From Psammoneis japonica (lineage: Eukaryota): a DNA stretch of 64,000 nt. Where the stretch lies: positions 124,001-188,000 of the forward strand of contig QPGO01000116.1 of NCBI GenBank assembly GCA_008632985.1, given 5' to 3'. Below, one piece after another: positions 1 through 11,179 of this stretch. The notes beneath the pieces were generated by a model. It saw nothing but the letters and a program-made list of their open reading frames with translations. It made no database searches and was not told the DNA's origin. A program made the position numbers and the translations under genes. Every line of letters starts with the position of its first letter. Within the stretch, counting starts at the first letter, position 1.

Positions 1-1748
1 CCGTCGTTTCGTGCCAGAGCTTGCATTCGTACAACACTCTGGGACCACCGTTCTCCATAACTCTTCATAACCATCCAAGTGACTGTTCTTACGGGCCGAG
101 TAATATTATTGAATTCCAGTGTAAAAGACGAATGCAATCCGCCCGTCGGCACGAAACCGATCTTCCTGTAATCCAGCACGGGTTTCCACCCATTGTTTTG
201 TACCAAAAACGGCTCCAACGTCTCGTTCAATTGCTGTTCCGTCGTGACGGAGAGGTGGGATGCCCAAGCTGCGATACAACGACGCTGTCCTGGCATGCAA
301 GTCTCGTTCTTGACAGGAACGGATCTCCACTTGTGAGAAACTTCATCTAACGTGAGTCCGTCGGAAAGCATCGGAGGAAGACCACGTGGAATGGGGTTTG
401 GTTTTACGAGATTGTACTCTTGTCCCCCCTTGAGTGGCGGCAGGCTCTCCAACGGCTCCACCAATTTGGTCTTGGCGTACTCAGAGCTGCAATAATGTGT
501 TACGAGATTCATGGCATTGAATGCCAAAACCCACGATGCCGCAATGTGCGCTCCAATCGTCGGATGTACCTCTGTTTCCATATTGCCACCATTTCTATTG
601 TTGTACCACCTCGCTGGTGAAAACCAACTCTCGTGTGTATCGCCATAGACAAAGTCTCGCACCACGTTGGGATACGAAACCGACATTATTCCATAATAGT
701 TGGCAAGCGTCGAGACGGACTGCGACACAATGTTGGTGTCAAGAATGTCGCGTTGCTGGTTTCCAAGGTAGTCGTCAAAATGAATCAAGAGCGGCAAGTC
801 GTCGTCTTGACATGGAGTTGTCAATACGGTTCTTATAAATCTTTCCGTAAGGCTCGTGACAGCGCCTCGCAGTGTCTGATTTTGATGTTCTGCCGCTTGC
901 ATTGTATACAAGTGCATATCGTTGGTAGCGTAGCCGTGAATGACAACGTCAGGAGGTTGGTCGGTAGGCAACAATTCATACTCCAACAGCGTAATTCCGG
1001 ATTCGGTATTGGTGCCTCCAATGGCAGCATCCACCAATTCAAACACCTCACCACCCAGAATAGAATTCAAAAAGGAAAAAGTCCGCTGGGGCCAAGCGCA
1101 TTGTCTTCGCGACATTTGTCCGGGAAACTCGCGGTACCGACACTGATCTCCCACCGCAACCGACCCGCCCATGACCAACACTTGTACCTTGGGCGGTTCG
1201 TCTTGCGCCTCCTGAGTAGTATCCGATTGTAGATACTTGTACCTCGTAAAAGCTTTTCTGAGAACGCGCTCGACTACTTCCAAGTCATGAGGTAGATTCC
1301 TGACGCTACGCTGTAGTCGTTCTGGAGTAATGACGTGCAACATTTCCAGTGTCAAGTCGTGAAAGAAATAGCGCGGATCCATGAAATGTCTAGAGTGATT
1401 GAATATAGTAGGCAAACGTCGTCTCCACACATCCATGCTTGCGGGTATTAGCTGATGGGGAAACAGAGCAGAACAAATCTCGTTGTCGTCGTTGTTTGTT
1501 GAAACTGTTTCTTGACCTGTGTCTCCTGTGGTCGCGTTCAATCTCTGAATCAGTTCTTTATTTGCCGCCAAGGCTTCCGCTGTCTTGTTCTTTTCGTTCT
1601 GTAATTGGAGCTTCAATATCTGAAGCGCGTCCTCCGCCGCCTCAAAGGCTGCTGGTTCCAACACCATGACGCGGAGATAACGCCAATTGAGTAGCATCCA
1701 CGAGGCAACCGCAAACGACCCAACTGTCAACAGTATACTGCGACTCAT
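1..1748 (-). CDS. Membrane-anchored SGNH/GDSL-hydrolase-like protein, 3' end runs off the window
   Basis: Manual translation from ATG at 1748 (MSRSILLTVGSFAVASWMLL..) gives an N-terminal hydrophobic anchor, then VLVMGGSV, AIGGT, HGYATND and EVHP motifs typical of SGNH blocks. No in-frame stop was seen, which would explain its absence from the ORF track. Confidence 0.7.
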   Translation of the reverse strand, partial: MSRSILLTVGSFAVASWMLLNWRYLRVMVLEPAAFEAAEDALQILKLQLQNEKNKTAEALAANKELIQRLNATTGDTGQETVSTNNDDNEICSALFPHQLIPASMDVWRRRLPTIFNHSRHFMDPRYFFHDLTLEMLHVITPERLQRSVRNLPHDLEVVERVLRKAFTRYKYLQSDTTQEAQDEPPKVQVLVMGGSVAVGDQCRYREFPGQMSRRQCAWPQRTFSFLNSILGGEVFELVDAAIGGTNTESGITLLEYELLPTDQPPDVVIHGYATNDMHLYTMQAAEHQNQTLRGAVTSLTERFIRTVLTTPCQDDDLPLLIHFDDYLGNQQRDILDTNIVSQSVSTLANYYGIMSVSYPNVVRDFVYGDTHESWFSPARWYNNRNGGNMETEVHPTIGAHIAASWVLAFNAMNLVTHYCSSEYAKTKLVEPLESLPPLKGGQEYNLVKPNPIPRGLPPMLSDGLTLDEVSHKWRSVPVKNETCMPGQRRCIAAWASHLSVTTEQQLNETLEPFLVQNNGWKPVLDYRKIGFVPTGGLHSSFTLEFNNITRPVRTVTWMVMKSYGERWSQSVVRMQALARND

Positions 1749-2115
1749 GATGTTTAAGAAAGTAACAACCTAAGGTACACTACAAGAGAATGCAAACACA
1801 CAACGCACAACACTGTTCATGTTGCATGTTGTGAGTTGTGAAGTTGAATAATGTGCGCTGCTGTCTGGATGAATCTAGGCCCTAAATCGAGGCAGGCCGC
1901 CGCGCGCCCGAAATTTCAAAATGAGCTCAGTGCGCACTTCATGCGCGTCTTTGGAATGATTGACTCGACTAACTCATCACGATGATGGCGATGGCGGCAG
2001 AGAGTAGGCCGTAAAAAGCAAAACGAAGACAGCCAACAACAAAAGAATAGCGGCAACAGCCAGAGCTTTGTCCCTCGACACCGCACCTCCCATCACAGCG
2101 TTATTGTTATGAAAC

Positions 2116-5100
2116 ATGCCTTCTTGGACCTGTCAAACTTGTACGCTGGAAAACCCATCCAATCACAAATTTTGCGGCGTGTGTGAAGCACGGCGTCCAG
2201 TCACTGAAACTACATCCAACTTTACAGACTGGATCACAAGGAAAAAGCGAAAGCGGAGCAACAAGAAACGAGTAATAGTGACGATTAGATGCCAGAACGA
2301 ATCATGGTCGGAGTCTCTTGTGGCCAGTGTCGGTAGTAACATGCTGAAAGCTACAACCGCTGCTAAAAATACCGGAACTTCAGAATCAACACAGCAAATA
2401 CAAAACGCAACAACAAAATTAACAGCCTCCGCTTCCAACAAGAGCGACAATTCAGCACGCACAGCTCTTACCAAAAATATAATCCTTGAACAGATATCAC
2501 AGCAGCAAAGACAGATGCCGGTTTGGTGAATGATACCGACTTTCAATCGCGAGTTGCGATACAGAACGAAGCGATCGACCCATCTGACGCTAACACAGGA
2601 GTACACTACTTAGACGAGGAGACGACTAAAGCTTCTAGGGCTGATACCGTTACTACCTCAGATTCCACCGCTCTGGCAAATAATGCAATAAGGCTAGATG
2701 AGCCTGACGTCGAGAATGGCAGAGCTGAAGCAAGGAGATGTACACCGTCAAGCCAGAAACACGACGCAGACGACTCTTACATGATTCAGGAGGACACGAG
2801 TGAAGAAGCACTCCAGGGTAAGTCGACGCGAAGTCTCAAGACCAATGAACCCGAATCAATAACCATGACGATAAAGGCTGTTCCTCCATCTCCGATACGG
2901 GTAGCATGCGAACCTCAGTCTGCTGTTGACCAAGACCCGGACGAGAAGCGGCCTATTCCAATTGGAGAACACGTTACCACGCAACACTTTGCAACGACAG
3001 AGAACGAGGAGTCGCTGAATATGAACGAGGACATGGTTGGAGCAGACCTCCGTGACCAAGCCATGAGCGTGAAGGAAAAACCGATTGGCGATTCATCCAT
3101 CAAGGCTCCATTATCGGAAGCCGTACCGCAAGGTATCGGAAGGCCTGAAATAAGCTCCCCAGGAAAGTTGGTATTTCAAGACTTGTGCGAAGAAACTGCT
3201 GGGGAGAGCGTGGCAGCTACTCGCGATTCCGGAGCTTTCAAATCCGAATCTTTGCCATCTACCTCGCATACCGGTATGGATAACGAGGCTCTTCCTTGTT
3301 CGGGCACGTCCGAGATGCAACTTGACGATTCTCCTATTGCTGCCACAATAATACAAGATCAGGGGGATAGCAGAAGTGAAACCGACGCGACTCTATTGAC
3401 AGAACCAGCGACACATTCGACGATTCAGTGTGTGCGAGAGAGAAGCGCTCATTTAGTAGCAGCAGCTATGCAACCGGATCTTAGCGGTGACGGGACCACG
3501 AGAGACGCGAACTGTCGTAATCGGGAGTCAGCAAGTACAGAGGGGGTGACTCGTTCAGACATCCATACCTCTTCTTTGCTCTCGACACAACCTTCACAGA
3601 TCGAGACGGAGAATCCTTCTGAAGACTCCGAAATGCTGCGTCTAAGGGATGATGATTCGGAGAATGATTGTTCACAAGGCGGTGGCAACATGTCTCATCA
3701 AAGCTTGACACAACAGTCGGACAACAGCTTTGTCTATACACAGGTAATGCAATTGACGCAGTGCTTGGACGAACCTGATTGTGAATTATCGCAAAGCAAC
3801 GAAGAGTCGGGAGCAAGAGCCGACGAGCCAATGAGAGTTGACGGCAATTTCGATTCTGAAACTAGAAATCTACCGCAGTGTACGAACGACACGGAAACGC
3901 GTAGCTACTCATTACAACGGCAAGCTCCTGGTAGCGTAGACGAAGCTACAACGAATCACGTGGAGGAGCTAAACTCAATCGAGGTCGCACAGATCAATGA
4001 GCAAGCGCAAAGTCGAGATTCATCAGCTACATTTCATCAAGAGGGCATAGCGACTGAGTGTCTGGAGCGGCAAATAAAAGTGCTGAAGAAACAACGACAG
4101 ATACGATCGACGATGCATCGCTGGGACCATGCTTCTTTTCAACCGCGGGTCGAAAGTCCAAGATTCGTGTTTCTGCCGACAGCCTTGCAAAAGCCAACCA
4201 GCTGTTGAAGAGCAAGAGGAAAGATGCCAAAAAAGAAAATGCCACAACCCAACCCATCAACAGACAAAAGACGGTGGAGGAGCCCCTTTCGAAATTAGTT
4301 TCATTCGACGGAAACAAGCCGATAGTTTGTTCACAATCACTCGTTCCATGCTTCACTACTGCCGGTAAACAAACCAAGGTTGTCGTTTCTGCGGAAAGCC
4401 TTGGCAAGGCGGAACAGATTTTAGCCCAACAGAAACCTCCTGCCATTCCATGTTTTGCTACTTCAGAAAACGATTCCAAGATTGTGGTTTCAGCAGAGAA
4501 CTTGGCCAAGGGCGGGAAGCTTCTTTCATGGGCTGGCACTACGGGAGGTCAAGATTTGATTGACCCAAGCGATACAGCTCAGGTGCCTGACTCCGACGTA
4601 GAAGAACGCTTTTCTCCTCGTGATGCTTGTACTAAGGTTCAGCCGGGAGAATCGGATTCGCTTCCTTGCTTTAAAACCGCTGGCAAGAAGTCAAAAATTG
4701 CAGTCACGATGCAGGGCTTAGAAAAGGCTGGGCAAGTGTTGGCTAGGACGATCAAAGGGGGAAGTCGACTTAGACCGGATGGCAAAGCCGGGAGGACGAC
4801 GGCAGGTACAAATTCGAAGATCTCCGTCTCGGCACGAGGCCTTCAGCTCGCCGGAAATTCCTTAGAAGGCGGAGACTCGGAAGCTCCCCGTGATGCCTAC
4901 TCAGACACTGAGCTCGGAAGCCACGCTAACAAGGAGAACAAGCCTGAGCACCCCGTCCCTCCATCACTTGATCCAATAACTACCGCAAGAAAGCCGCACA
5001 CCTTCGCTCCATCCTTTACGACAGCCGGCAAGAAGTCCAGAATATCAGTCTCAGCCGAGAGCATGAAGCAGGCAGGACGAATTCTGGCGAGCAAGAACAC

Positions 5101-8100
5101 AAGCGCAAATCGCAACACCCGAGGTCTTGATGAACGTAGGTATGCTCCTGTTGCAAACCGTGGAAGTACGACGTCCGGCTTTGCGGCGAAACGTACTCTC
5201 CCACCTCTACGTCCTTGTTTTGCGACGGCCGGCAAGAGAGCCAAGATCACTGTCTCCGCACAAAGTCTCGCAAAGGCAGGGAAATTTCTTCATCGTGATG
5301 GTACTGCAGAATTTTGTAACGATGAAGCTAAAGCCTCTCATCCTCCCGTCCCTTCCTTTGCTACAGCTGGAAACAAATCTAGGATCGAGGTCTCAAAGAG
5401 CTGTATGGAAAAGGCTGGACTGTTTCTATTACGTAGTACCGCAAACGAAAATCGCCCGGATTCTGGGACACAGCCTGACAACATTCCCCCGAATACTTTA
5501 ACTAGAACGGCGAAGCCTGATTCCCTTCCAGGAACGAAATCCAAAATCAAAGTCGCAGCTCCCCGTCAAGTAGAAAGGGCCGAGCAGTGTCAAGGAAGGA
5601 ATGCTTCTGCGGGCGAGCAACTTGATTCCTCTAATGCCCATTCCGAGTATGATCAGGAAAACTGCTTGGACAGCAGCCGCCCCACGAAGCGCACAGCCCT
5701 TCCAATGGTTCCTAGCTTTGCCACAGCTGGGAAGAAGGCTACAATAAGTGTCTCGGCGGTGAGTGTCGCAAAGGCAAGGCAGCTGCTAGCCGGAAAGGGC
5801 GACACGGAGACTTCTCTGGACTCAAGCGGAAGCTTGGAATGCGCACCACTTTCGCCACAAACTGGGTTTGCAACAGGTGGAAAGAAGCCAAAGATACCTT
5901 TATCTGTAACGACTCTCCATAAGGCGCAAAAACTGCGAGCGATGAAGAGCCCCATAGACATGCCTTCGGATACGAACATCTCCAAGGAAGGCGCGTTCGT
6001 TCCTCCATTTGTCGGGTTTTCGACTGCTGGCGGGAATGCTGCAATACGTGTCTCGGCGGCAAGTCTTGAAGAGGCAGGACAGCTACTATCAAGTGAAAGC
6101 GCTGCGGACACTTCTCTGGACACAGGCTGTTCCTTGGGACGTGCTCCACATTCACCACAAACTGGGTTTGCATCAGCTGGAGCGAAGTCAAAGATAGCTG
6201 TCCCTGAAAAAAGTCTTGAAAAGGCGCGACAGCTGCTAGCGAGAAAGAGTAACACAGACACACTCTTGGACACGAAAGGTGTCACGGAAGGTGCGTCGCT
6301 TCCTCCGCTTGGTGGCTATGCGACCGCAGGTAAGAACTCTACCAGTAGTGTCTCGGCGGCGCGTCTAAAGAAGGCAGGACGGATGCTTTCGAGTAGGAGT
6401 GCCATGGACCCTCCTTTGGACTCGAGCTGCGCTAAGGAAGATTCGCTTCTTTCGATATCTGGCTTCGCCACAGCTGGTGCGAAGTCTAAAATATTAGTCT
6501 CGGCAGGGAGCCTCGAAAAGGCAGGAAAGACGCTCGGGACTGACAGTACCAGTAATAGCCTCATGGACCCGAAGGTTGCCACGCATTTTGCGCCCTCTCC
6601 CTTCTCAGCTGGCTTCGCCACAGCGGGGAACAACTCTACGATCACTGTTTTATCAGGGAGTCTTGAAAAGTCCGGGGAGATGATAGCGAGCAAGAATGGA
6701 AGCAAAGATATGGAACCAGGCTTCGACTCAAGCAGACCAATTGTTGTCGCCGCCGCTGCCGAGGAGAATTTTCTGACTCGTGTTGCTTCGGTCGGAGACC
6801 CTACGACTCGTCCAGAGGTAGACGGTGAACCTTCTGCTTATGATTCGAGGTTCTTGATTACTCGTGAGAAAGGGGAACTATTTTTCTCATCTCAGAGTCT
6901 TGAGAGCGACGAGGCAGCATCTACTGAGGGTCGCACAGCTACCAACTTGAAATCTAGCGCGGTATGTTGTACACCAGTTGCGGATGCGCCGCCGGAGGTG
7001 TCTCCTAGCTTGGACGGAACAAAAGACACTGATGAAGATGCCGCCTTTCCGATAGCTCGAATGAACCCGGTACCCGGAGTACCAGTTGCGGAAACGCAAG
7101 CAACACTCCTCTCATCCACCACGGCAACACCTTCCACGTGTTTGAGTGTCGCCAAGGCACACGTGGGTCACCGCGAACGTGCGACTGAGTCTATTGCTCC
7201 TTCCCCAGCTGAACGAACAGAGAGTTTGGCGATCAAAGTACCGAAACACATATATCAAGGTGTCTCGAGCGCCCGAAATCCACCTCACAATCTTTCTCCG
7301 AACAGCGATAGGAGTGTTCAAATCCCGGGTTGTGGCGATTCGGTTAAATCGCATTGTGTTCGATGGCGTGATGCCGACTGCAGTTATCCAAAACAAGCAC
7401 TTGAATGCATCTCTGCTTCTCAAACAGCTGATGTAGCGAGCGAGCGAACTGAATCAGCTACTTCCAGAGCCATGGACAAATCATTCACGCCGAAGCAGCA
7501 CTCGTCCCATCCAGCTATTGTCACTGTGTCCCATGCTAAAAAAGCTTCACGTAGAGGTTTGGCAGTAGCCAACACACCACGGGAGGCAACTACAGAAGGG
7601 CAAAACCGAATCCCATTCACTCCTATCCCCTTCAAGTTTTATCACATTGAAGGAAAATTTTGTGGTGAGAACATGCCACCCAGTTCAGTGTCGCGCGCAG
7701 AACGGTTGTTTGCTGTCAATGCTTCCACTTCTCGCGGCCACATGCACCAGTCTGTCGGAGAAAACTCGACGGGATTTCTGGAATCTCCGCGTCGTGAAAG
7801 CAAGGTTGCTATCCGGATACCAGGAGAAGAGCGTCGGCGGCTGAAGTTGTCAGATTGTCTCGCACGACAGCGAGAATTGATGGATACCACACCCCCAGAT
7901 GGTCCGCAATGTGTTGAGCTCTCCACTATTTTGGACGTCAACAGTAACAATGCTTCAGACCTTCTCTTTGAGACCGAGACTGGTCTCCCAACTTGCTTGT
8001 TGGACGCCGATTCACCTGAAGCGATTGGTAGCGAGGGTCACTTCTTAGAGTCTTTGACAGCTATTGGCTGTTGCTCCGATGCACTGACCGTGAAGTGGGT

Positions 8101-10401
8101 TACTATCCACAAACGATGGATTGTGTGGAAGCTTGCATCTATGGAGCGAAGGTTCCCAGCTCTCTTGGCTGGGCGATATTTGACTTATCATCACGTACTG
8201 CTCCAGCTCTATAATCGATACAAGAAGGAATTGAAGGGTGGAGCACGGTCTGCCTTGAGGAAGGTGTTGAATAGGGACGTCGCTTCGAACACTCTAATGG
8301 TTCTCTGCGTCAGTCAAGTTTTCTCCACCGGTCGTTCTCAGGAAGCGAAGGTAGAGCTTACCGACGGTTGGTACTCCATTCAAGCTCTATTGGATCCGCA
8401 CCTTACTCAATATGTTTCGAAGGGGAAGATTGAAGTTGGCTCGAAATTGTTGATTTGCAACGCGACGATGAACGGCGCTGAAAACGGAGTCGATCCTTTG
8501 GATTCAACCTATTCTTCAACAGATCCAGAGTCTTCTATTTTTCTCCGTATCGCAGTCAATTCGACTCGCCCAGCAAAATGGGACGCAAAGCTGGGTTTCG
8601 TGCCCCCAACTCCTACCTTACGTTCGCTACAAGGGTTGCTGCTGGTAAAATCGATATCTGAAATCAAACCTGGTGGTGGAAACGTACCTCTGATCAATCT
8701 ATTGGTGTGTCGAAGGTATCCGCTTCTTTTTCTGGAGCATAAAGGATCCCACGGAAAAGAAGGCGATGCGGATCTTTGCGATAGGACTTCGATTGTTTTG
8801 AATGAAAAACAGGAAAACAAGGCTCGCAAAGAATTCGATAAACGGAGGCGCCAAACGGTGGACAAGTTGTCTATGTCGATCGAAAAAGAATGTGAACAGG
8901 TAAAGTCTTACGGTGGAGCGAAGTGCTTCAATGCCATTGTTGTCTCCTTGCCTTACTGATTCTGTCGCTTTGCTTCTCACCACACAGATGGTAGACGAGA
9001 AAGCACCTGAGCTGTGGACAAGTCTATTAAAGAGTGACTCGCCAGGAGACTTCTACGAACGGCTTAGCTCGAGCGAGAAGGATACCATAGATAGGTGGAG
9101 AGAGCAGCGCTCCAGTCTACTTCAGGACTACGTTTGTAAAGAGATCGACGCAGCGCTAGAGTGCGATACTTCACTCATTCGAGAAAGTACTCCGTTTGTA
9201 CAGCTTTTGGTGAAGGCTGTTGACACAAGTGAACAAGTGTTTCATCCGCCGACTGCGAGAGCGCCATGCTGACGACTTGGAGACTGTCGGAAGACCAAAT
9301 GGATGCACTGAAGGAGGGAGCTGTGATCCGCTTCAAGGATTTGGGTGTTCGTCGAAGCAGGCGTGATGGCTTGATCCAACTGACTGCTAATCGGAAGACT
9401 CAGATGGAGGCTGTCACTTCCTTACCGAAATGTGTGTCAAAGATCGGGTATCACCGCCGCTCATTTGCGTCATTGTTCCGAGTGTGCATGTTGTCAAAGC
9501 GAGTCTTGAACAAGACCATCCCTCAGTTTCCAGCACCAGAAGTGGATACTGCTGGTGTGGTAGTCAAAGTTGTCGAATGCGACCACGAGAAAGCCGACCA
9601 GTCGACGATTTACATTACGGATGAATCTGGCCTTTTGCTTCGGGTGCATTGTAACTGTGAGCTTTTTGATATTGACGGCCTGATGTCATATCCCGACGCC
9701 ATTCAAGTCGAAAAGGATCCATCTACAATTTGCTTTCGAGATATTCGCATCATGCCATTTGACGCTACGGAGAACTGTGCTGTCGCCGTGTTCACAGAAA
9801 CTTCTAGCGTTCCTTCTCGAAAGCGGCCATGCAATCGATCGCTGGCGTTGAAGCAATGGTCCAAGTCTCTACAAGGTGGTAGAATGCTCTCATGCTATCG
9901 TCTTGCATGGAACTACAGCTCCCAACAACCAAAACTCGAGAATCGTCGTTGTCTTCTTTTGCTGTTGGCTACATTGTTGGCTTTTCGGTTCAGACCGACG
10001 GCCAGCAGCTTCAGAGGCAGTCAGAAGCACTCCAAATCATTGTCGACTGCGGTTGTGCTCATTTACAGGTTTGGGATTTTCCACTGGCACTTGTCGACGA
10101 CGCCCTTTCATCATGCTGTAACCCCGACGACGCGGTTGCCTTCAAGAGAGACCGCCTTCACGTCCATCTCAAGCACCTCGGTCTCATGTTTCGACAGAGC
10201 GGAGTTCTTGTTCACTTTGTGCTTACTCGTCAATGTACGGGTTGTGAGTACCGAGTCAAGAGCCTTCGAGCCGCTAGTTCCCGCGCCTTGTGTCAAGTGT
10301 ATGCCTCGTCTTATTCCGGAACCGACAAAAGTGAATTGCGTAAGAAACGAAAGCTAAATTCCCTACAAGAGGATATCGCGACTGCTAGTGGAGACAATTG
10401 A
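2116..10401 (+). CDS. BRCA2: BRCA2 homolog: N-terminal RanBP2-type zinc finger, long acidic region, about 15 BRC-like repeats, helical and OB-fold DNA-binding domain
   Basis: Repeated F-x-TA-G-K..I-x-VS..L-x-KA units in ORF 4058-8959; helical domain WIVWKLASMERRFP; OB1 ELTDGWYSI and NSTRPAKWDAKLG; RRYPLLFLE. GT-AG intron at 8900-8987. ORFs 2116-2529 (WTCQTCTLEN..CGVC), 2523-4208, 9266- and 9892- are joined by apparent frameshifts, so linkage of the first 2 kb to BRCA2 is inferred. Confidence 0.88.
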
Positions 10402-10675
10402 AAGTAATTTTCATTTCACAATCTATGGACTGATGACGTATAATCAATGCTACTCTCGCATGTTTCCTTTCCTGCTACTTGTACCACGAAAACAAATCGA
10501 AGAAAGTTCCGCCGTCAATTTTTTAACTAACATAGACATTTTACAATCAGCGAAATCATAGCTCTGCATCTGATGGTCGTAAGAAGATTTTCTCGTACCA
10601 GCTACGTATCTCTGTCGGGAGCGCCTCTGTTGTTATCCAATTCGTGCTTCACAAAGAACAATTCCAATTTGAGCA

Positions 10676-10969
10676 CTACTTTGACGGCGGTTTTGGAGAA
10701 TTCTGTCGCGCTTCCCTTAGTCTCGAATGTTTAGCTGAGTACACATGGTTTCCACCCTTTGATTTTCCGCCGCCACCACCACCGCCGCCCTTGGTTCCTA
10801 CAGCGTTGCACGCAAAATCGTCGTATTCATCGTACTTGTCGCCAACCGGTGGCATGGAATCGGTGCTTTCCTCACGAGCAGGGACTTGCTGCTTGGTTTC
10901 TGAAGACGATGAAGACGACATGGGGACGTGAAGACAATTGATGCTGCTTGCTTCTTGTACGGTACACAA
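10676..10969 (-). CDS. Small hypothetical protein (Gly-rich, basic C-terminus)
   Basis: 97-aa ORF with DEYDDFAC..KGGGGGGGGKSKGGNHVYSAKHSRLR and normal host-like composition; no family recognised. Confidence 0.4.
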   Translation of the reverse strand: MCTVQEASSINCLHVPMSSSSSSETKQQVPAREESTDSMPPVGDKYDEYDDFACNAVGTKGGGGGGGGKSKGGNHVYSAKHSRLREARQNSPKPPSK

Positions 10970-11104
10970 GTATGGGCTATCCTTCTCGTTTTTTATCTTT
11001 TTTTTTTATTGTGTGTTATTCGAGGTTGAGGTATCCAGCGGTCGATGGACAGGCAGTCCATCGAGCGAGAGATTTCGATGGACTTTAGATGGACTCTACA
11101 GTGG

Positions 11105-11160
11105 CTCTATCTCTACTCTAGCTAGCTAGCTAGCTAGCAGAGTAGAGACTAGCTAGAGCA
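11105..11160. repeat. (CTAG)n-rich low-complexity tract
   Basis: ctctagctagctagctagctagcagagtagagactagctag, directly at the left edge of the TpA-depleted island. Confidence 0.8.
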
Positions 11161-11179
11161 GCAGTAGACACGGTAGAAA

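Noticed and set aside
633..1232. 199-aa plus-strand ORF and similar antisense ORFs over real genes (e.g. 5653-6285, 19304-19927)
   Set aside because: Shadow ORFs opposite well-supported coding sequences.
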